Of a DNA stretch of 64,000 nt, positions 10,956-19,234 are shown one piece after another; position 1 is the first letter of the stretch; each line of letters begins with the position of its first letter. A model generated the notes under the pieces. That model made no database searches. It saw nothing but the letters and a program-made list of their open reading frames with translations, and had not been told where the DNA came from. This stretch comes from an uncultured Chitinophaga sp. Lineage in GTDB: Bacteria > Bacteroidota > Bacteroidia > NS11-12g > UBA955. The stretch covers positions 9,011-73,010 of the forward strand of contig CAZDGF010000004.1 of NCBI GenBank assembly GCA_964505065.1, read 5' to 3'. The position numbers and the translations under genes are program-made.

Positions 10956-12265
10956 ATAAAGAAAACATAGATAAATCAGTTAAACTGGTAGTAGGATTAG
11001 ATATAGGCACAACAAAGGTGTGCGCCATTGTAGGTCAAAAAAATGAAAATGGGAAAATCAATATTTTAGGCGTTGGTTCAGAACCTTCGTTGGGTGGAGT
11101 TATGCGAGGAGAGGTTACCAATATTTCTAAAACTGTAGATGCCATAAAAGGAGCAATTGCCAAGGCTTCAAAAATTTCTAATGTAGATATAAGAGCAGTG
11201 TATGTAGGAATTGCAGGAGAACACATTAAAAGTTTTCAGCAAAATGGAGTAAGAATTAGAGAAAATTCTGAAGCCGAAATTACCAAAGCAGAGCTTGTAG
11301 AAATGAACAAAGAGCAATACAGAATAGCTGTTGAACCTGGTTCTAAAATTTTGCACGCTTTAGCACAAGAATATAACATTGATAGCCGTTTTACAACCAA
11401 AGAACCAGTGGGAATGCCAGGTACAAAATTGGAATGTAAATACCATATTGTTACAGGCAGAGTTAGCGCAGCCAAAACCATTCAAAAATGTGTTGAAAAT
11501 GCAGATTTATTTGCTACTGATATTGTGGTAGAACCCATTGCATCTGCCCAAGCGGTATTAAATGCTGATGAGTTAGAGGCAGGTATTGCTATTCTTGATA
11601 TTGGTGGTGGTACTACAGATTTGGCTATTTTTCACGATGGAAAAATAAGGCATACAGCAGTTATTCCTTTTGGTGGAGAGATAATAACAGCCGATATTGC
11701 AGAGGCTTTTGGTATTTTGCCAAAACAAGCAGAAATGATAAAGGTAAAACATGGTCATGCGCTTGTAGAAGGAACAAAAAGCAACGAAGTAATTATTGTA
11801 CCTGGTATTAACGATAGAAAACCAAAGCAAATTATGGTGCGCAATTTAGCCCATGTAATACATGCCCGAATGAACGAAATTATTGAAATGGTAAATGATG
11901 AATTGGATATTTCGGGCTATAAAGGCAAATTAAATTTAGGTATTGTGCTTACAGGTGGTGGAGCGCAATTAAACAATCTTTCGCAATTGGTAGAATACAT
12001 TACCCATTTAGATGTTAAAATTGGTTTGCCCGACCCGCATCTTGGCAAAGGCTTGGTAGATGAAGTACGCAGCCCAATGTTTGCTACTTGCATAGGCTTG
12101 GTTTTAAAAGGATTTGAAGATATGGAATCGAGCAGTGAAATAACCAATAATCCAAAACATAAAGCCAAAGTAAAAGCAGCTGGTGGCGGTTTATTTGGCA
12201 GTGGTTTTTTTGGTGGCTTCAAAAAATGGATGGATGATGACAGTGCGATGGATGATTTTAAGTAA
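10952..12265 (+). CDS. ftsA: Cell division protein FtsA (actin-like ATPase)
   Basis: VVGLDIGTTKVCAIVG phosphate-1 motif, ILDIGGGTTDLAIF, LTGGGAQL adenosine motif; immediately precedes ftsZ. Confidence 0.92.
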   Translation: MNKENIDKSVKLVVGLDIGTTKVCAIVGQKNENGKINILGVGSEPSLGGVMRGEVTNISKTVDAIKGAIAKASKISNVDIRAVYVGIAGEHIKSFQQNGVRIRENSEAEITKAELVEMNKEQYRIAVEPGSKILHALAQEYNIDSRFTTKEPVGMPGTKLECKYHIVTGRVSAAKTIQKCVENADLFATDIVVEPIASAQAVLNADELEAGIAILDIGGGTTDLAIFHDGKIRHTAVIPFGGEIITADIAEAFGILPKQAEMIKVKHGHALVEGTKSNEVIIVPGINDRKPKQIMVRNLAHVIHARMNEIIEMVNDELDISGYKGKLNLGIVLTGGGAQLNNLSQLVEYITHLDVKIGLPDPHLGKGLVDEVRSPMFATCIGLVLKGFEDMESSSEITNNPKHKAKVKAAGGGLFGSGFFGGFKKWMDDDSAMDDFK

Positions 12266-12273
12266 ATAAAAAA

Positions 12274-12325
12274 AGCATCTCTCAAGTCCCCTCTCCTATG
12301 GAGAGGGGATTTAGGGTAGAGGCAA
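12274..12325. repeat. GC hairpin element copy (cccctctcc-tat-ggagagggg, 12288-12308) + 'atttagggtagaggcaaaaat', directly after ftsA stop
   Basis: Near-identical to copies at 6448-6499 and 12552-12604. Confidence 0.6.
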
Positions 12326-12378
12326 AAATAAAGTTGGCAAATATTGAATTAGCAATTGGCAAAAAAGTAAACAAATAG

Positions 12379-12530
12379 CTTTGCGTCTTTGCGTGAAAAA
12401 AAGTTAGCAGTTGGCAAAATAGAAAAAAAAATAGAAAATTAAAAACTTTGCGTCTTTGCGTGAAAAAAAGTTAGCAGTTGGCAAAATAGAAAAAAAATAG
12501 AAAATTAAAAACTTTGCGTCTTTGCGTGAA
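12379..12530. repeat. Tandem direct repeat, period 66-67 bp, ~2.3 copies: 'ctttgcgtctttgcgtgaaaaaaagttagcagttggcaaaatagaaaaaaaatagaaaattaaaaa'
   Basis: Starts of unit at 12379, 12446, 12512; single-copy version of same motifs at 6340-6432 upstream of ftsW. Confidence 0.85.
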
Positions 12531-12551
12531 TTTAAATAATAAAAAAAAAGG

Positions 12552-12604
12552 CACATCTCTCAAGTCCCATCTCCTTTGGAGAGGGGATTTAGGGGAGAGG
12601 CAAA
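12552..12604. repeat. GC hairpin element copy (cccatctcc-ttt-ggagagggg, 12566-12586) + 'atttaggggagaggcaaataaac', ends 9 bp before ftsZ ATG
   Basis: Same family as 6448-6499 and 12274-12325. Confidence 0.6.
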
Positions 12605-12613
12605 TAAACAAAT

Positions 12614-13924
12614 ATGAATTATTTTAAAGTAGAATTACCAAAAGAACAATCATCTATTATCAAAGTAATGGGTGTAGGTGGTGGTGGCAGCAATGCTGTA
12701 AATTATATGTACACCAAAGGTATAGTAGGTGTAGATTTTTTTTTGTGTAATACAGATGCGCAGCATTTGGAACGCAGCCCAGTATTGAATAAAATACAAT
12801 TAGGCAGCAATCTTACCGAAGGCTTGGGTGCTGGTGGCGACCCAGAATTTGGCAAGCGTTGTGCTATGGAAAGCCTTGATAAAGTGGAAGAGGCTTTGCG
12901 CCATAATACCAAAATGTTGTTTATAACAGCAGGAATGGGTGGCGGAACAGGAACAGGTGCAGCACCTATTATTGCTCAAAAAGCAAGACAAATGGGCATT
13001 TTAACCATTGGCATTGTTACACGTCCGTTTGTTAGTGAAGGTCCTCAAAAAGCGCAAAAAGCCGAAAAAGGTATAGCCGATTTAAAACCACATGTAGATG
13101 CACTTTTGGTTATAAGTAATGAAAGAATATGGCAGATGTTTCCTAATACAAAATATTCTGAAGGATTGAGCAAAGTAGATGACATTTTGTTTACTGCCTC
13201 TCGTGGTATAGCTGAAATTATTACCAAAGAAGGCTATATGAATGTGGATTTCAGAGATGTAAAAACGGCTATGGAAAACAGTGGTAGAGCATTAATGGGT
13301 TCTGGTTTAGCTGTTGGAGACGATAGGGCAATGATTGCAGCACAACAAGCTTTAGATTCTCCATTATTAGATGATAATAGTATTGAAGGTGCAAAACATA
13401 TTTTGGTAAATATTAGTTTTGGTAACGATGAACCTTTTACAAATGAAGTTAATTTGATTATTGGTTTTTTCCAACAGCAAGCAGGCTTAAACGCCAATCT
13501 TAAATTTGGCTTAACACACAATGAAACATTAGACAGAGAATTGGCTATAACACTTGTAGCTACAGGTTTTGACAATGCACAAGAAAACAATATTTCAACT
13601 GAAAGTAATGAAGACGAAGGCGTTATTGAAATAAACTTTGACAATGCAGAAACCATTACTTTGCCAGTAGAAAATACACCAAAAGCAGAAGAAATTATTT
13701 TTAATCCCATACGCACACCACGTGAGCCAATAAACGACAATAGAAGCCAACATAAAAATGCCTCAAATATGGATACACCAGCTTTTAAGCGTCATAATGT
13801 TGTGTTAGAAGATTTGCAACAAGGAGTAGAAATATCAAAAGTATTTTTGGAAGAAGAAAAAGAAAATAAAACCGCTCGTTTTAAAGATGGTGGTAATAAG
13901 TATTTGCATGATAATGTAGATTAG
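12614..13924 (+). CDS. ftsZ: Cell division GTPase FtsZ
   Basis: Tubulin signature GMGGGTGTGAAP; N-terminal IKVMGVGGGGSNAVN; C-terminal conserved peptide DTPAFKRH followed by extended variable tail. Confidence 0.95.
   Translation: MNYFKVELPKEQSSIIKVMGVGGGGSNAVNYMYTKGIVGVDFFLCNTDAQHLERSPVLNKIQLGSNLTEGLGAGGDPEFGKRCAMESLDKVEEALRHNTKMLFITAGMGGGTGTGAAPIIAQKARQMGILTIGIVTRPFVSEGPQKAQKAEKGIADLKPHVDALLVISNERIWQMFPNTKYSEGLSKVDDILFTASRGIAEIITKEGYMNVDFRDVKTAMENSGRALMGSGLAVGDDRAMIAAQQALDSPLLDDNSIEGAKHILVNISFGNDEPFTNEVNLIIGFFQQQAGLNANLKFGLTHNETLDRELAITLVATGFDNAQENNISTESNEDEGVIEINFDNAETITLPVENTPKAEEIIFNPIRTPREPINDNRSQHKNASNMDTPAFKRHNVVLEDLQQGVEISKVFLEEEKENKTARFKDGGNKYLHDNVD
13857..13923. repeat. Direct repeat copy 1 (~67 bp), = coding 3' end of ftsZ
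   Basis: aaaagaaaataaaaccgctcgttttaaagatggtggtaataagtatttgcatgataatgtagatta; matches 15040-15106 with ~5 mismatches. Confidence 0.9.
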
Positions 13925-13942
13925 ATTATTTATAAATATTCA

Positions 13943-15028
13943 ATGAGTTTAGGAATAAATAGTATTTTACAACAGGTAAGTATAATAACTAAAAAATATA
14001 ACGAACTGGCTAAAATAACTGGAGAAAACTTTAATGTTTTTAAAATATTAAAAGTAGAAACAAAAGAAGTTAAACTACATTCGGCATTTATTGCTGAATT
14101 ATTAAACCCATTCGGTTCTCACGGACAAGGAAATAAATTTATTTTAGAATTTATTAATATATTGGGTAAGAAAAATGAGCAAAAAATTAATTTTAATATT
14201 GATGGTGTAAAAAATGTAATTGTTGAAAAATATTTGGGTGAAAAAACGGACAACAATGGAGGAAGAATAGATATAATTTTAGAAGACAATCAAAATAATT
14301 TCATTGTAATAGAGAATAAAATTTATGCACTTGACCAAGAAAACCAACTAATAAGATATAATAATGCCTACAAAGATTCTCCCATTGTTTATTTAACTTT
14401 ATACGGCAATGAACCAAGAGAATATAGTATTGGTGTAGAAAGCGAAGTTAAAAATAAATTAATCTGTATTTCTTTTAAAGAAGATATTTTAAAATGGCTA
14501 ATAACCTGTAAAAAATATACAACTGACTATCCATTGCTAAGAGAAACAATTACACAATACATTAATACGATAAAAACTTTAACAAATCAAACAACAAATA
14601 CTTATATGAGTACAGAAATTGTAAACCAAATTTTAAAAAGTGGAGAAATTGAGGCGGCATTTGAAATAATAAAAAATACAGAAGAACTTAAAGAAGCAAT
14701 AATTAATGAACTTTTGATGCGTCTTAAAATTAAAAAGGAAGGATATGTAATTGATGTAATCACTCCTAATAATAAATTTCTTGGAAGAAAAGATACAGCA
14801 ATTAAATTTATGAAAAAACAATTAAATCAAAATGTCCAATTATCTTTTGTTGATGATTTTGAAAAAGTTCAAATTGGAATTTGCAAATCAAACAATGAAT
14901 GGATTGAAAATAAAGTTGCGGTTTTTGAAGAATGGAGATTAAACGGTTGGGATGAAATACACAAAGAACAGTTAGATAATATAATCATTGAAAAGGTAGA
15001 AAAATATTTTTCAGAAATTACATTTTAA
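13943..15028 (+). CDS. PD-(D/E)xK nuclease superfamily protein (PDDEXK_4-like family, unknown function)
   Basis: N-terminal NFNVFKILKVETKEVKLHSAFIAELLNPFGSHGQGNKFILEFI motif block typical of this family; core GRIDIILED...IVIENK fits D/ExK catalytic pattern; flanked by duplicated ftsZ tail. Confidence 0.6.
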   Translation: MSLGINSILQQVSIITKKYNELAKITGENFNVFKILKVETKEVKLHSAFIAELLNPFGSHGQGNKFILEFINILGKKNEQKINFNIDGVKNVIVEKYLGEKTDNNGGRIDIILEDNQNNFIVIENKIYALDQENQLIRYNNAYKDSPIVYLTLYGNEPREYSIGVESEVKNKLICISFKEDILKWLITCKKYTTDYPLLRETITQYINTIKTLTNQTTNTYMSTEIVNQILKSGEIEAAFEIIKNTEELKEAIINELLMRLKIKKEGYVIDVITPNNKFLGRKDTAIKFMKKQLNQNVQLSFVDDFEKVQIGICKSNNEWIENKVAVFEEWRLNGWDEIHKEQLDNIIIEKVEKYFSEITF

Positions 15029-15039
15029 TTTAATCTTTT

Positions 15040-15106
15040 AAAAGAAAACAAAACCGCTCGTTTTAAAGATGGTGGGAATAAATATTTGCATGACAATGTA
15101 GATTAA
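15040..15106. repeat. Direct repeat copy 2 (~67 bp, non-coding remnant of ftsZ 3' end)
   Basis: aaaagaaaacaaaaccgctcgttttaaagatggtgggaataaatatttgcatgacaatgtagatta. Confidence 0.9.
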
Positions 15107-15108
15107 TT

Positions 15109-15528
15109 CTACATCACAATACCAACTGCCATATTCGGGTTTTCTGGGTTTACAGAAATTTTTAATAATGAAGGTTGAATAACCAAATCCATATCCTCAA
15201 TAGGTATAGCGCCTAAAAGTGTGGTATTGCCTAATACCAATGCCCCTACAAAGCATTGTCTGTTTTCAAAGTTTACTTTTATAGGTCCTACATAGTTGCA
15301 CTTTTTTTTGCTGCCATCGGCTATTACAACTTCTCTTTCTTCAAGCGTATTCAAGTTTAATTGAATTGCCAAATGCTCTGGAATACATAAAAAATTAGAG
15401 CCAGTATCAACCAAAGCCTTAGTTTCTATCGGCAGTAATTTGCTTTCTAATGGATTTGAAAGTGTTATGTTTGTATATATTAAGCCCTTTGCTGAATTTC
15501 TAATACAAATATAACACTTTTTTTCTTT
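15109..15528 (-). pseudogene. Retropepsin-like (clan AA) aspartyl protease domain ORF lacking an ATG/GTG start; possibly degenerate
   Basis: Catalytic DTGS motif (ALVDTGSNFLCIPEHLAIQLNL) with family-typical upstream LIYTNITLSNPL; frame open 140 codons from stop at ~15529 but only TTG at 15412 available as start (would cut into fold). Confidence 0.5.
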
Positions 15529-15565
15529 AACAATATTTTTCCTTTATTTTCGTTAATCCAATTAT

Positions 15566-17209
15566 ATGAAATTAAAAACCTTACTTTTCGGCTTATTTTT
15601 TATTTGTATTTTAAAACTCAATGCACAAGAGTTAAACACAAAAACCATTAAGTTTTTTTCTAAAGATTTAATGTATCAACCTTTAAAAGACGATTATTTA
15701 TTTATTGCCGATGCAGAAATTTCTAACTTGCAATACAGAGAATTTCTAAATTGGCTTTTAAAAAACAACCAAATAGAAACATACCATAAAATGCTGCCCG
15801 ATACAACTGTTTGGCGAAGCAAATTAGCATTTAACGAGCCTTATGTGGAATATTATTTACGTCATCCTGCCTACAATGATTACCCTGTGGTAGGTGTATC
15901 TTACATACAAGCCCAAATTTGGTGCAATTGGGCTGCCGATAGAATTATGGAAACAGAAGATTTTAAAAAATTAAATATTGAAAAAATAGAATTGCGTTTA
16001 CCTACCGAAAAAGAATGGATGCAAGCTGCACGAGGCACATTGCCCGAAACAGCTATATGGCCTTGGGAAGGCAACACTTTACGAATAGAAAATGGAAAGA
16101 AAAAAGACCAGGGTAAAATTGGATTGAACGTAAAAAGAGGAAAAGCTATAGGAAGCCAATTAAACGATGCAGGTTTTATTACCACACCTGTATATTCCTA
16201 TTGGACCAATACCATTGGTTTGTACAATGTATGCGGCAATGTAGCCGAATGGGTGCAAGAGCGCAAAGCCAAAGGCGGCAGTTGGAACGATTTGCCCTAC
16301 AATGCCCGTATAGATTTTAACAGCCCTGTTTTAGATGATTCTTTTAGAAGTGCTACTATTGGTTTTCGTCCTGTATTGGAGGTAATAAGTTATAAAAAAA
16401 TATTACAAAGCAAACCACTTGAGGTTAATGCAAAAATGATAAGTAAGCAATTAGGTGTTGTAAAAGATAGTTTGTTTGCTTCGTTTTATGAAACAAGTAA
16501 TGTATTGTACAATACTTTTTTAACAGAAACCAAAAATACAGATTGTGCTATAAACAATATCGGCTGGGCTGCTTATTCGCCTTATAGCCATATGCAGCAA
16601 TACGGTTGGCATCCTAATTATGATAATTTTCCTGTGGTAAATATTAACTACGAAAGTGCTGTAAAATTTTGCGAATGGTTGACTAATAAATACAACAATT
16701 CAGCAGCTCGAAAGTATAAAAAAGTACAGTTTAAATTGCCTACTGAAAAGGAATGGGAACTTGCTGCCAGAGGCGGAAGAATTGGAAACCCATATCCTTG
16801 GGGAGGTCCCTATTTTTTAAACTCAAGAGGTTGTTATTTGGCTAATTTTTGTCCTAATGAAGAGCAATATTTGAGTAAACAAGATTATACAATTGAAAAG
16901 TGGAGCGATACATTTTCTGTACGCCATTATATTAGCCCTCAATATACCTATCCTTATTCTGATTCAACAATAAGCCGTGGAGTTGATGGTTTAGAATTTG
17001 CAGGAAAGGTAAATTCATATTTTCCTAATAATTATAGTTTTTATAATTGCGCTGGCAATGTTGCCGAAATGATAGCAGAAAAAGGCATAAGCAAAGGCGG
17101 TAGTTTTACATCATCGCAACAATATATTCAGATAGAAGCCAAAGAAAATTATACCTCAAGCAATGCTAACCTTGGTTTCCGCTTTTTTATGCAAGTGTTA
17201 GAAAAATAA
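15566..17209 (+). CDS. Secreted protein with two tandem formylglycine-generating-enzyme (SUMF1/FGE-sulfatase) family domains; GldJ/GldK-like
   Basis: Signal peptide MKLKTLLFGLFFICILKLNAQ; two copies of GNVAEW(V/M)...KGGS(W/F) motif pair (YNVCGNVAEWVQERKAKGGSW; YNCAGNVAEMIAEKGISKGGSF) plus LPTEKEW repeats. Confidence 0.65.
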   Translation: MKLKTLLFGLFFICILKLNAQELNTKTIKFFSKDLMYQPLKDDYLFIADAEISNLQYREFLNWLLKNNQIETYHKMLPDTTVWRSKLAFNEPYVEYYLRHPAYNDYPVVGVSYIQAQIWCNWAADRIMETEDFKKLNIEKIELRLPTEKEWMQAARGTLPETAIWPWEGNTLRIENGKKKDQGKIGLNVKRGKAIGSQLNDAGFITTPVYSYWTNTIGLYNVCGNVAEWVQERKAKGGSWNDLPYNARIDFNSPVLDDSFRSATIGFRPVLEVISYKKILQSKPLEVNAKMISKQLGVVKDSLFASFYETSNVLYNTFLTETKNTDCAINNIGWAAYSPYSHMQQYGWHPNYDNFPVVNINYESAVKFCEWLTNKYNNSAARKYKKVQFKLPTEKEWELAARGGRIGNPYPWGGPYFLNSRGCYLANFCPNEEQYLSKQDYTIEKWSDTFSVRHYISPQYTYPYSDSTISRGVDGLEFAGKVNSYFPNNYSFYNCAGNVAEMIAEKGISKGGSFTSSQQYIQIEAKENYTSSNANLGFRFFMQVLEK

Positions 17210-17281
17210 AATTTCCCATATTTTTCAATATTTTTCCCATAATGTAATTTTTTAGTTTCAATTTTCTTTTTATTTGTTTGG

Positions 17282-19234
17282 TTGAAAATACTAAAACAAC
17301 ATACCTTTTCATTTTGCCTAATCATTGTCCTATTTGTAAACAATTTTTGTATTGCTCAAAAGGTAAAAGACACTTTGGCTGTAAACTCTTTAGCTGATTA
17401 TAATCTATGTATTCAAAAAGTTGGATTATTAGAAAGTAAACACATTATTACTGCCGTAAGCACCAATAGAGCGTATTTGCAAAATGCTATAAAATGGGCA
17501 AAGGCAAATGGGCAAAATGCAAGTTTGGTAAAGTATTTTTTGCTTTCCTTTGAATCTGGTGCTGGTCAGTTTTACGAAGTTATAAGGCTTGGTAACGAAA
17601 TAATTGATGATAAAACATTTCAAAAAAATAAATTAGCACTCGAAATGCTAAGCGGCATGCAATATGCCTATTTTTTTGTTGAAGATTATAAAGGACTAAT
17701 GGCTTTGTACCCAAAATATTTAGAAATTAATAAACTACATGGCATAACAAAAGATAAAACTGATTTTTTTAAAGATAAATATACTGGTGTTACCAATTAT
17801 AAGCAAAACAATATTGTAAAAGCCATTTTAGAATTTAAAAAAGAAGCATTGGTAAATCTAAATTACAAACACTATGTTTATTTAAGTGGTTCATACAATA
17901 ATTTAGGCTTGTGTTTTGCCCGCTTAAATATGTGGGATACTGCCCTTTATTATTACGATTTAGCATTGGCAACACTTAAAAATAACAGAGCAAATATTAA
18001 AGATAAACCCTTGCCCTATGCAGATTATTTTGAGCTTGTTATACTTTCTAACAAAGCCGATTATTTTGTGTTACAAAAACAATACGATAAAGCATTGCCT
18101 TTTTATTTAAAAGAAGCTTACGAAAGCCATAGGATAGGAGAAATGAATATTACCATTAGCGCATATTTTAATTTGGCAAAGCTTTTTCAGGGTAAAAAAA
18201 ACTACAAACAATCTATCTTATATGCCGATAGCTGCATTCAAATAGCCCCTGGCTATGGCGAAATGAATGCTAAGATTAAAGCACTTAATCTTAATGGCAG
18301 AAACTACGCTTTTCTTCAAAATGCAGAAGCAGCCAATTTTTGTTTTAATGAAGAAAAAAGGCTTTCCGACTCTTTGATAAACGAAAAAAACAAACAAGCC
18401 TATTCTCAATCTACCATACAATTTGAAGTAGCCCGCACAGAAAGCGAGCTAAAGCTTAGCCAACAAAAAATAGAAAGCGAAAAAGCTGCCAATAGGCTGC
18501 AACTGATAGGCTTGTTAATGCTTGGCATTGCAGTTGTAATTCTTGGTTTTTTTTACCGCAAAGTGCAAAAAGACAAAGCCATTATTAGCCAACAAAACAA
18601 AGCAGCACAATTGGCTATTAACGAAAAAGATATTTTGCTAAAAGAGGTACACCATAGGGTAAAAAACAATTTACAGGTTATATCCAGTTTGTTAGATTTG
18701 CAAGCCTCTAAACTGCAAGAACCCAAATATACTGCTATAATGAACGATGCCCAACGCTATATACACAGCATGAGTATGGTGCATCAAATGTTGTATCAAA
18801 ATGAAAATTTTGTACACATTAATTTTCAAGAATACCTGAGCAGCTTGGCTGCTTCCATAGCCTCTGGGCAAATAAATAAAAAAGTAAAAATAAATGTAAA
18901 AGCCCCAAATGTGCTGCTTTCCATAGATAAATCTATACCCTTGGCATTGATAACTACCGAGCTTATAACAAATTCTTATAAGCATGGTTTTGGCACAAAC
19001 CAAGGCGAAATAAACATTCAAATAGAAAACATAATAGCTAACCAATACAACTTTACTTACAAAGACAATGGCAAAGGGCTACCTGCTAATTTTGAAATAC
19101 AAAACATCAAATCTTTAGGCTTTAGGCTGTTGAGAATGTTGGTAGAAGAAATGGGTTCTACACTTAAAATTTTACCATACACAGGCATTTATTTAGCATT
19201 TGAATTTACAGAAAAGAAAAACACAAACGCTTGA
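17282..19234 (+). CDS. Sensor histidine kinase, periplasmic TPR-like domain + TM + HisKA_2-type H-box + HATPase (TTG start)
   Basis: Signal peptide; TM LIGLLMLGIAVVILGFFY; H-box EVHHRVKNNLQVISSLLDLQ; C-terminal ATPase region; stop overlaps downstream response regulator. Confidence 0.8.
   Translation: MKILKQHTFSFCLIIVLFVNNFCIAQKVKDTLAVNSLADYNLCIQKVGLLESKHIITAVSTNRAYLQNAIKWAKANGQNASLVKYFLLSFESGAGQFYEVIRLGNEIIDDKTFQKNKLALEMLSGMQYAYFFVEDYKGLMALYPKYLEINKLHGITKDKTDFFKDKYTGVTNYKQNNIVKAILEFKKEALVNLNYKHYVYLSGSYNNLGLCFARLNMWDTALYYYDLALATLKNNRANIKDKPLPYADYFELVILSNKADYFVLQKQYDKALPFYLKEAYESHRIGEMNITISAYFNLAKLFQGKKNYKQSILYADSCIQIAPGYGEMNAKIKALNLNGRNYAFLQNAEAANFCFNEEKRLSDSLINEKNKQAYSQSTIQFEVARTESELKLSQQKIESEKAANRLQLIGLLMLGIAVVILGFFYRKVQKDKAIISQQNKAAQLAINEKDILLKEVHHRVKNNLQVISSLLDLQASKLQEPKYTAIMNDAQRYIHSMSMVHQMLYQNENFVHINFQEYLSSLAASIASGQINKKVKINVKAPNVLLSIDKSIPLALITTELITNSYKHGFGTNQGEINIQIENIIANQYNFTYKDNGKGLPANFEIQNIKSLGFRLLRMLVEEMGSTLKILPYTGIYLAFEFTEKKNTNA

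Noticed and set aside
12266-12613. tRNA or small ncRNA gene in the long ftsA-ftsZ gap (and other long intergenic gaps)
   Set aside because: No cloverleaf-compatible segments or conserved T-loop (GGTTCGAATCC-like) / D-loop motifs found by eye anywhere in the window; content is explained by the repeated hairpin/promoter-like modules.
15566-17209. Naming the tandem SUMF1 protein gldJ
   Set aside because: GldJ/GldK are lipoproteins, and this protein has an SPI-type signal without a lipobox Cys. Orthology cannot be established from sequence alone, so it is left as a family-level call.
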